A stretch of DNA of 64,000 nt from Hyphochytrium catenoides (taxonomy: Eukaryota > Protista > Hyphochytriomycota). The stretch lies in assembly GCA_900088475.1 (NCBI GenBank), contig FLMG01002918.1, forward strand, positions 1 to 64,000. Reading direction: 5' to 3'. The position numbers were made by a program, and so were the translations under genes. A model generated the notes under the pieces. That model saw only the letters and a list, made by a program, of their open reading frames with translations, searched no databases and was not told where the DNA came from. Numbering within the stretch: the first letter of the stretch is position 1; every line of letters begins with the position of its first letter. Below, piece after piece: positions 1 through 11,200 of this stretch.

Positions 1-1111
1 ACAAAGAGTGTTCTGTCATCATAGTCGGGATCCCCTGGTCTGTTTCTGTTGATGTCTCTCCTGTCTTGGTGCAGCCACTCCAGCTCGTCATGCTCGTGCT
101 GACCCTCTCCAAACACGCCGCTCTCCTGCATCTGCTCGGAGATAAGAGGAGCCGCTTGGGAGGGAGAGGGAGACTGCAAATGCGTCATGAGCAGACAAGA
201 GAGAAGTGTTAGCCGGTCATCAAGATGAAGAGAGACAGAGGTTGGAGAGAAGAGAGAGAGAGAGTGTTTTCGTGTTGAGAAGACATCAAGTGACGCGGCA
301 ATAGAGACATGAATAGTAATGGTGAGCAAGGACATGTTGTGCGAGACAGAGGAAGAGGGACGCCACAGCAAGTTGTGGAGACAGGTGCCCTTTGTGAAGA
401 CGTTCTCTCCCATTCTCTCTCTCTTTTCCCTTCCTCACCATGGAAGGACTGCTCCTAGAAGAAGGAGACTTGGTGACTGGAGTCTTCAATGTCTGAGAAG
501 AAGTACGGAAGATCCTGGTGGCTCCTGAAGAGGATGATGGAGAAGGAGACATCTTTGGGGTAGGAGGGAGAGAAGAGGTAGAAGAAGAGGATCGCTGGGG
601 CTTGGGAGGACTGGCGAAAGTTGGGCGTCGGGCAGAAGAGGAAGATTTGCTCTTGGCCGGAGGCTCGGGAGCCCACTCTTTCTCGTCACTGTCTCCGTCT
701 TCTTCCTGGATAACTTTGCGATTTGCAGTGCTGGATGTCTCTTCTTTGCCACTCTTTCTCTCGGCTTCTTCCTCTTCTTCGTCTTCTCTCTCTTCATCGC
801 TGCTTTCCACTATCATTTTATGCGTCGATCGAGCCTTTCTCTGAGGCCGCGGGCGGAGGCGTTCAGATCTACTGGGCTGGTTCTCTTTCTCGTCCGAGTC
901 AGACTTTGAAGGAGGACTGATGACCTCGAACTATCGCGAGAAAGAGGTACAAATAAGAAAAGCAGATGTACCGGGTTAGTTGAAGAGATATGAGGTGGAG
1001 AGATAAGTGCGAGAACAAAAAGAGATAGGAGAAATACAGTGCCGACAAGGCCAGAAAGTTAAGGAAGAGAGAAGAAGTATAAAGAAAGGGGAGAGAGAGA
1101 GAGAGAGAGAA

Positions 1112-1155
<44 letters not shown>

Positions 1156-2357
1156 GCTACACAGCGACGGAAAAAGCCGGAGAGAGACAGAGACTAAAGA
1201 GTGTTGCCATCATAGTTCCATGAGCAGGGACTAAACTCTAACAGCAGTAAGATCGAGAGAGAGAGAGAGAGAGAGAGAGTCAAAGCTGCTAACTCTTCTC
1301 ACTCTCCTCACCGTTTCCTTATCCAAGTTGTACCAGTCAGGGAAAGATCCATCATCAAACTCCAGGAGATGCTTTCGTCCATCGAAAGCCTTAACTTCTC
1401 CCTCATACCAAGAATCCGTCTCCTTCCACCGGACACGGAGAGTCGTCCCCACGGCCAACACTTTGAGTTTGTGAGAGTGAGAGAGAGAGAAGAGAGAAGA
1501 GAGAGAGAGAGAGAATAAGCATCAAAGAGACGTTAAAGAGGTAAGCTACCAGTAGAGAGAAAGTGATTCCTGGAAGAGGGGAGGAGAACAGAGAAAGAGA
1601 GAGAACAAAGGGAAAGAGAGAGAAGGCAAGGAAGGCCGAACAAGTAACAAGAATCCTTTCTCGAAGAGAGACAGCGAGGAAGGGAGACAATGGCAGCCTT
1701 GTCCACAGAGGAAAGATGCTCACCGTTCTTGGCCTGGATCCGTGGCTTCTCGGGCTTCGCTTTCTTTGAGGCCGACATCTCTTCCTCTTGAGCCGTTCTG
1801 TTCCTTTTGCCAGGGGTCGAGGTACTCTGCTTCTCTGCGGAGGGAGAGATCAGACAGTGTGGGGGAAGAGAAGGGAGTGTGTGGGGGAGAGAGAAAGAAA
1901 AAGAAAGAACTTGAAAGAGAGAAAAATTGGTCGGAGAGCATTACAGGGAGAAAGAGAGAGAGACTACGAAAGAGAGAGAGAGAGAGAGAGAGAGAGGGAC
2001 AGAGACAGAGAGAGGGTAGGCAACTTGAGAAAAGGTACGGGAGCATATCCAAATGATCTTTCGTTTGCCTCACGTACTGCTGTCATCTGCATCCTCCACT
2101 TCCATGGAGTCGACATCTTTCTCTCTCTTGCTCTGCTTATCCTTAACATTCCCGTTAGACTTCTCTGACACTGGAATCTCGGAGAGAGTGGAAGAGAGAG
2201 AGCGAGAGACTGTCTCTTCCTCTTGACTGGAAGGCGGAGGAGCAGAAGGAGGAGGTCCTGCCGCCTTGTTGAAGAAGGAGAGAATGGACTTCTGTCCTAC
2301 GGAGGGAGGAGAAGGCTTTGCCTTTCCTCCCTTGCTCTTTGGCGTCTTTGTAGACAT
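1..2357 (-). CDS. MSH6: DNA mismatch repair protein MSH6, 5' part (continues past window start); approximate exons 2357-2078, ~1835-1723, 1460-1312, ~930-440, 173-<1
   Basis: ATG at 2357 (MSTKTPKSK). PCNA PIP box QKSILSFF at 2271-2294. Tudor-like exon VGTTLRVRWKETDSWYEGEVKAFDGRKHLLEFDDG, then an acidic/Ser linker. Last visible exon reads HEHDELEWLHQDRRDINRNRPGDPDYDDRTLF, matching the MSH6 H-x-x-L-E-W-L...RD...R-P-x-x-P-D-Y-D-x-R-T-L signature at the start of MutS domain I. GT-AG sites found by eye. Confidence 0.93.
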
Positions 2358-2447
2358 CGTTCTCTTCCCTCTTTCTCTCTTCTGAAGTGTCCGCGGAGTT
2401 ACTGCGGCGACCAAGGGCTGTGCCTATACTTCCATTCAGGAGGCACT

Positions 2448-2481
<34 letters not shown>

Positions 2482-2713
2482 TTCTATTGGGAGAGCCTGG
2501 AGATTCAGTTATAGCTGCTGCGGGACTGAACGAGGAGAGAGATTGACTTCCTGTTCTTCATCAGTGTCGATGCTGCTGCTCTCTCTCTTTCTCCTTTCGT
2601 ATTAGCCTCTTCTACTTCCTCCAGACCACTTCCTTATCTCTTCCGTTTCCTGAAGATGCCTGCGACCTTCAATTGCACTTTCTCTCTCTCTCTTTCTCTC
2701 TCTCTCTCTCCCC

Positions 2714-2771
<58 letters not shown>

Positions 2772-4448
2772 TCCCCCCTACCTTTTACTTTGAACCTGAT
2801 TCATTTTACTGTTCGCGCCATCTTCCCCAGTAGTCCCCCCGTAGCTCTTTTGGCGGGAGAATAGCCTGTCGCCGAAGCCCCTCTTTATTCATTGTAAGTC
2901 CGCCATTGCAGCACATTTCCAGCCTGATCTGAGATAATATGACAGTCATAAGAGGGTTTGTAATTTCAAAAAGTTGATGGAGGGAAGGGAAGATCTCATC
3001 ATCGTGGCTGCTTTGATGTAAGTAGAAGAGTGCACTCCGTCAGGACCAGAATATCTCTCTATATTGGCCAAGAAGCTGAAGAAAGCTACTACGCCCAGGT
3101 CTGCGGTATAGAGCGCGCTCGTTCGTCCTGTACGAACCAAAGACTCTAAGGAGGATGATCATCAGCGGTTTCTGCTTGCGTCAATGAGCTCACAGCGATG
3201 ATAGGTCACAAAGGTTAACTATTCCTCATCGTGGCTAAGCGTCATCATTGAGACTCCACTGACCCGCAGCCCGCGTGCTAGCAAAAGGTACAGCCACCGA
3301 CATTTTGCTTTCAACCGTTCGTGCCTTTCCGTCCCGTCTGCCAGCTTCGCTGAGTAGGGGGATAAAAGTAAGACATCTCACCTAAGAGAGGCGGCATGAT
3401 GGACGCCGCCCTTCGATGGGAGCAGTCATTCCCAGTAGGGGATCTGCTAATCGCAATAGGCAGATGACTCGCTACCAACGGCTGCCTATGCGCGAAGAGA
3501 TATCCTTCGTCGAGTAACAGCAAAGCGGAGTTACTATTCATAAACTAAGCAAATAGGGACAATCCAATGAACCTTTTACTATTGTTAGACAGGAGGCTAT
3601 GCAGGCGGCGACAATAACGAAGATTGTGGTGTGTGTCCTTTCCCAAGCAGACATACTGAGGCCAGAATGGGCCAAAGGTACTCTGATGAAGGAGTTCGCT
3701 TGTTCATCACTCACCGCCTTATTGACATTAATACCTTGTGGAACTTTGCTGAGAAGAACCGACTCTAGAAGACGAAAGAGGAGTAGCTTTCAGCGTTACG
3801 AGCGAATAAGTGCTAAGGATTGTCTTCTTCATTAGTCCCTGTCTTCAGGAACGACGCAAAAGAACTTGTCCTATCATTAGCACATTGAATGTCTAAGACC
3901 TGCCAAAGAGGAGGGTCTCAAAGCTAGAAGGAGACGTCCCGAATGCAGCCAAAGAAATTGGGCGTTCTTCGCCAGCGGGCATTTCTTTTTCTGCTTATCC
4001 TTCCATATCGACGTAAGGGCTTCTTCTAGGTTGTCCTGTTGGCTCTATGAAGGTCGAGATAGGGCTGTCTACATCGAAAGGTGGATTTACTTATTGATAT
4101 TGTTTATTTAAACATGTCAGCAAGGGCAGGAAGGCCAGCTCCTGCTGATGCTTCTTGCTACGGAGCAGATCACGGTACTATCAACGGTGCGAGCCCATCT
4201 TCTTCTCCACTGTGAAGTGATGAAAGTAGGTGCTCTCGCACTTTGGATAGGTAGACGACCTTGGTAGACTCAGCCCCGGATTAGGGCCATTTAAGCAGAA
4301 AGAGAGAGAGAGTAATATAGCACATCGTCACCAAAAGGAGAGGAGTTCGTGAGACAGACAAAGAGCGGAGGCTGGATGCAAAGCTCCGAGGAGGAGGGAC
4401 AATCTTAGAATACAAGGTACAAAGTGTGGAGACCCAGCGGCCGTCCCT

Positions 4449-5522
4449 CTAGTAGACGACAGTCGCACAGACAGAGATATCATCTTCCTTTCCCGTGACT
4501 CTCCTGGCATGAGTCCAGAGAGCATCAAGAGAGTAAAACTCCTTCGAACCGTCTTTGAACACGAGTCTCTCTTTGTCAAGAACTCGCCTTGCCTTTTCTT
4601 TCTCTCCCTTCACCATCCGCTTCACGAGAGATGCCGCCCGCTTCATATGCTCCAGATTAGAGAACGAAGACTCTTCTTCCACAGCCTTCTTTGCCGCAGA
4701 GAAGTACGCCCTCGCACCCAGGATAGAGATTGGGTTCAGGGGATGATTCCTCTCCTTTGAGACTCTCTTTGCCGTCCTCGCCACTGCCATCGCGACCGCC
4801 GCGGCTCCTCGAGCCTTGAGAGAACTCTGACAGCAAGAAACCAGCTCGTCTGCAAAGAGGTTGTCGTGAACTCCATCGCTGAAGCTTAATATCAGATCTC
4901 CGCGACGTATCCGGAACTCTTCATAGTGGAGGTATCTTAAGCGTCCCGCGCTCTGTGTACTGGAGCTCATGCTCAACGGGTAGTTGAAGCCAATCACAAC
5001 GGACTCTGTCTCGAACACGATCTCTTCATCATCGCGAACGACAATCGTCTTGCTGTCTCCTAGCGTGAGGGTGCGAAGAAGGGCGGTCTCCTCTTTCTTC
5101 TTGTCTCCCTTATTGTCTCTGTCTGAACCTTCCTTTTCTTCTTCTCTCTCTTCCGTGTCAATGTACGCGATAGAGATTGTGCTGGCCATGTCTTCATCTT
5201 CTCCGCAGAGTGCGACGGCCCTCATTATTGCCATCTCTATCTCTTCCTGGAAGGCTCGCCTTCGATCACGCTTCTTCTTCTTCTTACTCTTCTTTGACTC
5301 GTTATCAGTTGTCTCTCTCTCCCTCTTCTTCCATGGGGCGGCTTGCAGTGTCTCCGATAAAGTCTCCACCAGCTGCCGGGCAAAGGGTGCTGAAGAGCCT
5401 TTAGTCCCGCCTACGCCGTCACAAACAACGTGAAAGCGTGGACCTGAGTCGGCTGCGTCTTCATCGTGGCTTTTGAATGGAATAAGCTTCGAAGCGTGAC
5501 TGAACCTAGGAAGACAATGCAT
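4449..5522 (-). CDS. PPTC7: PP2C-family phosphatase, PTC7/PPTC7-like (single exon, 357 aa)
   Basis: PP2C/PTC7 motifs in order: EDA, VCDGVGG, ASTISIA, TLGDS, FNYP, DLILSFSDGVHDNLF and C-terminal GKEDDISV. The metal-binding Asp residues are retained. Confidence 0.85.
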   Translation of the reverse strand: MHCLPRFSHASKLIPFKSHDEDAADSGPRFHVVCDGVGGTKGSSAPFARQLVETLSETLQAAPWKKRERETTDNESKKSKKKKKRDRRRAFQEEIEMAIMRAVALCGEDEDMASTISIAYIDTEEREEEKEGSDRDNKGDKKKEETALLRTLTLGDSKTIVVRDDEEIVFETESVVIGFNYPLSMSSSTQSAGRLRYLHYEEFRIRRGDLILSFSDGVHDNLFADELVSCCQSSLKARGAAAVAMAVARTAKRVSKERNHPLNPISILGARAYFSAAKKAVEEESSFSNLEHMKRAASLVKRMVKGEKEKARRVLDKERLVFKDGSKEFYSLDALWTHARRVTGKEDDISVCATVVY

Positions 5523-5619
5523 AAGAGTCGGGTTGGAGAGGGGCCGAGCTCAACAGAAAGATTGAGAAAACGGTGCGCCACAGAGAGAGATAATGGGCAA
5601 GAGAGAGAAAGGGATAGTG

Positions 5620-5720
5620 TGAGAGTGGGATAGTGTGAGAGTGAGAGAGAGCGAGAGCGAGAGCGAGAGAGCGAGAGTGAGAGTGAGCGAGAGAGCGAGA
5701 GCGGGAGCGAGAGAGAGCGC

Positions 5721-5782
<62 letters not shown>
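5620..5782. repeat. (GA)n/(GAGC/GAGT) compound microsatellite
   Basis: Directly visible; lies just upstream of the PP2C start on the minus strand. Confidence 0.95.
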
Positions 5783-5786
<4 letters not shown>

Positions 5787-6537
5787 GACGATCACCTATA
5801 ATAAAAAAAGCAGAACAAGTAGATATAAATGGAGTTTGAAGGCGGTCCTACCTCAGGGTACACTTGGCCGGCTCCTCTTTAGGCGGTCTCTTGCTGTCTT
5901 CCTTAGTCATCTGCGGCTGAGACTCACCCGTGGTGGCCAAGAGAGAAAGCGATAGAGGCAGAGAAACCCTTGGACTTCTCTTATTGGCAAGGATCCGGCT
6001 TGGTGCGCTAATCTCTGGATGAAGGAGGAGCTGGGGAGGGACGATGCCTCGGACCGAGACCGCCATATTGAGAAAGAGGAAGGATCAACGGACTTGAGCT
6101 TGCAGATGCCTGGCTTCCCTTGAAGAACTTTGGGGAAGAGGCGAGTCCGAAAGCGTGTGCTGTCGCCGCTGTCGTCTCTCTTCTCAACAGCTCGGCAGGG
6201 ACTTCAGAAATGGATAGCGCGGAAGTAGAAGAGGCGGTGTATGTCGCTCCGTAGCCTGTGATGGATGCTTCCCTGTACCGGTGCGAGGTGGGACTGCTTC
6301 TGCTTGCCACGAAGTGATGAGAGCAGTTCTTTGTGAGACAAGTGAGGGGCCAGGGAGCGCTCACGGCCGGAGCTGATGATGGAAAAGTTAGAAGACGGGA
6401 TCGAAGAGGTTCGAAGAAGCTGCAGACCAATGAGGGACAGGATGAGTTGAGTTTGAAACAGGAAAGAGTGGTTAGCTTTCTGCATCTCTAGCCTCTCCAG
6501 CTTACTGTCTCTTTTTGCTTACTCTCCTCCCCTTCTG

Positions 6538-6539
<2 letters not shown>

Positions 6540-6592
<53 letters not shown>

Positions 6593-6597
6593 CTCTT
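6540..6597. repeat. (CT)n microsatellite
   Basis: Directly visible. Confidence 0.95.
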
Positions 6598-7178
6598 CCG
6601 CTGTGTGTCCTCCCCACATCGCATCCGCAACAACGGTTCGAGGTGTTCCGCAACCCCTTACATGATCTGTCCAAGGCTATCTCTTACATCTCCATAACAT
6701 ATCTAGTGTCACATATCGTGGGGTATTTACACCGACGAAATTGCACTCTTCCTCTTTTCCGTTGCATTCTGTCTGCCAGCAGGTCCTTTTCCCTTTTGCC
6801 CTGTCTTACCTTGAACTCCAGTACATTTGGCATAACCTCTCAGAAATAGGGTCCGATTCCTTATATACTATGACGTTATCGAGGACATCGACTGAGCACT
6901 GAACCCTAACAAAGCGCGACTGGTTATTGTACAATGAATCAAGATGGAGATCGTTATATGATTACCAATACTTGAAATTATGTATGATTTGGCCTTACAC
7001 AAGGTGAGAAATCGGCAAGAATCTCCATCTTCAATCTTCGCCTCCATTCTGAAGATTATTGCCATCTGGGATCTCCGTCTGCTATAGAACTATCTGAAAG
7101 AAAATCAATTCTCTGCCCAGCTCGGCATTGAGTAAAGGGAGACTCTTTCACCTTTTTATAGGAAGTTGGGGCGCCGCC

Positions 7179-7895
7179 ATGGCAGAGAAGAAGGGTCAAG
7201 GTGATGTTGTGGAAGAAGAAGAGCTCGAAGCGCTCCTTAAGGCTATCAAGTTCCAACATGGCGATTATAGTTTGAAGGAGGTGCACAAGGAAGTTCTTAT
7301 TCACGGTGGCAAATGGGCAAAGGTTGATGTCAAGCGGGTGAGAAAAGCTTTAAAGAGGCTTGGCCTTTTCGGTCCCATCGACCCACATAGCGATGAGAAG
7401 ATCATGAAGCTTTTCACTGTCGGTGGTGAAAGCAAGTCGGTCTTAGATGACGCTCCTTCTGCTGCTCCAGGAGCAGAAGCAGACAGTGAGACTGCACGCC
7501 ACCGATGGGTTGCCGTTGAACTCGATGTCCCGATGGACCGTACAGGGCAGTACCCTCACGCTGCGCTGATTAATCTAAACCAAGAGACAGAGAGCGCGAG
7601 GCTGCGAGAGACCGTGAGTCCCTTTCCTGGAGCAGAAATCTACAAGGTTCAGGTGGCGATGGGAGGCAGTCGGATGCCAATGCTCGTCTATAACAAGCAG
7701 AGGAACCGCAAGACTTTCATTCATAGCGAAAACCCTGCCTTCGATGAGATCCACGGCCTCATCACCAGCGGCGGGGGATTTGGCGCTGGTGGACCTTTTG
7801 CTGGGCTTAAGGCATACTTCTGGGGCAAAGTGGACAAGTCGTCTGGCGTTCTTCTTCTCTGCACCACGCAGATGGCTCCACACCAGACCTGGTGA
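7179..7895 (+). CDS. Uncharacterised single-exon protein (238 aa): N-terminal HTH-like segment plus conserved-looking C-terminal domain
   Basis: Strong Kozak context gccgccATGG at 7179. Long ORF without low complexity. C-terminal pattern IYKVQVA...PMLVYNKQR...GLKAYFWG...MAPHQTW. Confidence 0.8.
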   Translation: MAEKKGQGDVVEEEELEALLKAIKFQHGDYSLKEVHKEVLIHGGKWAKVDVKRVRKALKRLGLFGPIDPHSDEKIMKLFTVGGESKSVLDDAPSAAPGAEADSETARHRWVAVELDVPMDRTGQYPHAALINLNQETESARLRETVSPFPGAEIYKVQVAMGGSRMPMLVYNKQRNRKTFIHSENPAFDEIHGLITSGGGFGAGGPFAGLKAYFWGKVDKSSGVLLLCTTQMAPHQTW

Positions 7896-8290
7896 AGGAA
7901 GAGAAAAGCAACCAAGAAAGAGAGGAAGGTCTTGGGGAGAAGGAACAACGGACTGAACAGTGCTAAATAAGTCGCATAGGATGTGCGGAACAGGAAGGAT
8001 CGGCAGTCCTCATCCTCTCTTCATCCTTTCCAGTTATTTATCCTCCTGCTTTGCTTGGTTAGAGAGGTGCGTGCATAGACTCAGTCACAAGAGAGAACGG
8101 AGGTAGCGTTAACATTAGATCTACCACCCGGGTCATAAAGTAATGTACAGTGCGCACTTAGACAGAAATCACGCGATCCTGCTGCCTTGTTGAAGCTAAA
8201 AGACATCTCTCGGTCTCTCCTCTCTCTTTTCACTCTCTTTCTCTATAGATATATATGTCTGTCTTGGCTTTGCTTGCCAATTCTCTATTG

Positions 8291-11200
8291 CTAATTCTGC
8301 ACACCAGTCTTTCCTTCAGGAGAAGACACAGACAAGAGGAAGGATTGCACGCCTCCAGCTTCCTCTCCTAGCGCCATCAGCTCGTCGCACTTCTCTCGCT
8401 CTTCCTCGTCTTTCCTACTATGGTGCTCTCCACCGAGCCTCCACAGTCTAACGACAGTTCCTGAGAAGAGCCTCGAGGAAGAGAGTAGTCCTCTACGGAG
8501 AGAAATGAGGTGCAGCCAGCCTTCTTTGTTTCCAACCGCAAAGAGGACGTCCACCTGGGACAAGAAGTCTCTCTCTCTTTCTTCTGAAGTGATCTCTTCC
8601 TGTGCGTCCATTCTGAGCATTGCAAAGCAAGAAGGAGAGAATCCAAGCCGGACAGAGGCTTCACTGTGAGATGCACAGTCTCTAAGTACAAGCTTGCTGG
8701 TTCTTTCTCTCTCTGTCTTGACGTCTCCCTTTTCTCTCTCTTCTTCAGAATGACAGACATAGGCGACAAGAGCCTCAGGTGCCCGTTCATTCTCAACGAA
8801 AGAAGCCAGCGGAAGAGGACTATCTTGTTCCACACTCAGCCCAGAGGTTGATAGCCATTTGTCCATGCAAGAGAAAGAAGAGGAGGGATCGGCTGCTGTC
8901 TTCCACACAGAAATCTCTCCGCTTTTAGAGAGACTGGCTAGCATTCCTCTTCTGTTTGCCTAATAGGAGGCGGCAAGGAGGTGGTGAGAGAGTGTATGGG
9001 ATAAGTTTAGCACCTAGAAGGAGAGACACAAAGAGGCTAAAACGGCCTAACGGCAGGCGCCATCACGGTAGAAGGAGGACCTCAAGAGAGGAAGAGTAAA
9101 AGAGCATGAGCGAGAGGCACGAAGAGTTACAAGAGCAGAGAAAGACGACATGGGAGGAGACAAGCTTGAAAAGAAGGGGAGACACAGAACTGGAAGAAAG
9201 AGAAAGGAGAAATGGGAAAAAGCCCGTAAAGCGCCATCATCTCCTGCCTCTTACCATCAGAGAGTCAATGGATCCTGCTCCACTTTGAGAAAGCACCAAG
9301 GACGCCTCTCCGTCCTTCCCGAGCGCCACCAAGCCCATTGTCCCGTCCAGCCCTCCTACCAAAAGATGAGTTGAAGTAGAGGAAGGGAGACAAAGAGATA
9401 CTACGGCAGAGATAGCGGAAGAGAGAGCTTGGAGCCGGAAGAGTAGCTTCGAAGAGCCGGGGAGACATGCCACTAGGAGTCCAGAGGAAAACCCGAGCGC
9501 TATCGCTTCTCTTCTCTCGTTTGCTGTCTCGTCACACTGTTCCAAGCACAGAGAAGTGATGCAGGTGATCTCTGAGGAGGAAGAAGTGCTGCTGTTGGAT
9601 ATCCCAGCGGGTACAAAGGAGGACGGCGAGACGGAAGGATTGGGGTCAGTCTCCGCGGAGCTCAAAGAAGGCAGAGGGAGGCTTAGCATTTGTCTTTGTG
9701 AAACGGAGTAGGCTGAGAGAGCCTGGGGCGCGGAGAGAGAGAGGTGATAGATGAGTCTGCTGGAGCAAGAAAAGAAAGAGAGAGGAGAGGTTGCGGGAGG
9801 GGGAGAGAAGAGAGCTTGGAACTTCCGAGCTTTGAGATTAATGTGCCATATGTCTCCGTCCTCCAGAGTTACAAGGCAGTCAGCTCCGGGAGAGAGATCT
9901 GAAGGACAAGAGAGAGAGAAGATCTTCCTGTGAGAGAGTGCTGAAGGAAGCTCTATTCTTTCCACCTTGTACTGATCTTCCTCTTCTCCTTTCAATCCCT
10001 TACGCTTAAGGAGCCCGCCTGAAAGCCCTCCAGTAGACCCATTGATCCATAGGATATACCCGCTTGTTGACCTGAAGATAACGCGCCTTGGGCTCTCCTT
10101 TGATCCTGGAAGAGCGCCACAAGCTCTGAACCTCAGGGTTTCAAGGTCAAAGCAGGAGAGCTTCCCTCGTACATCAGCCGCGATAAGCTGATGAGACCAC
10201 GAAATAGTAGATGAAGAGACTAGACACAGAGAAGACAGAGGAACAGCCGGAGACGTGCCTTTCCCATCTCGTTCTGGACTTACTTTATGAAGCTCGTAAG
10301 AGAGAGAGAAGTGGTCGTCCATCTGCCAAATGTAGAGAAGAGAAGCACGAGCGTCCACCGAGACAAAGCGAAGAAGACTACCTTGTGTTCGCTTCTTTTG
10401 TTTGCTCTCGTCTCTCTTTCCCGGCTTGCTTCTTGGCGTCACATGTGCCCGAACTGCAGGAATGAAGGCCCAATCGTACAGCGGAATGCGGTGGATGGAG
10501 GAAGAAAGCTGATGAAGAGAGGGCGGTGTGCCCTGCACTCTATAGACAGTGATGCGAGAGTAAAAGTCTCGCGGAAGAGTGGAAGAGAGAGAGAATATTG
10601 TGCTTCTCTCCGTGTTAGAGGAGACCACCACAAGATAGTTCCCTGTGGACTCTACGCACTGGATGTACTCCTGCGGAAAGGACCATTTTGAAGTCGACAG
10701 AAGAGTGAGAGACGAATCGCCTTCAATGTCCCATAGCTTTACGTCATTTCCGTCAGTCGAGGCGAGGAAGCGGAGAGAAGGAAAAAGAGAGAGAGTGAAG
10801 GCCCCGATGGGATCAGTGTGTGCCTCTATATGATGCTGGGCTTTCATCTCTAAGTCCTCTACCACTAGATATCTTCCCAGGGCATAATAAAAACGTCCTT
10901 TGGCACTATCCCATCTCACGGCCAAGGAAGAAAGTGAAGAGCACCCAGCGGAGGAGAGAGGAGCAAGAGAAGGTGGAGGAGGTGGCGGTCGAGTGACTTT
11001 TTCCTCTCTCTTCTCCCTATTGCTTCTCACAGGGAGTGAGCGCGTAGGCGGCAATAACCGGAGACCAGGGCCAGCGGGCTTAATGATGCTCTTAACGCGT
11101 TGGGGAAGTCTCTTTGTGAGAGGCTGTGGAGTCTCATGCGCCGGCCGCTGTTCATCCTCTCCTTCTCTCTTTTCACGTTCCTTGGTGTTGGTGTGGTCTT

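Noticed and set aside
2833-2880. tRNA-like start (TCCCCCGTAGCTC..TGG..GCCTGTC)
   Set aside because: No T-arm GTTC motif and no complementary acceptor 3' strand.
6200-6254. Plus-strand peptide EVEEAVYVAP resembling copia RT EEVYM.QP
   Set aside because: Flanking copia RT motifs (DV..AFL, LYGLKQ, YVDD) are absent; the match is too short.
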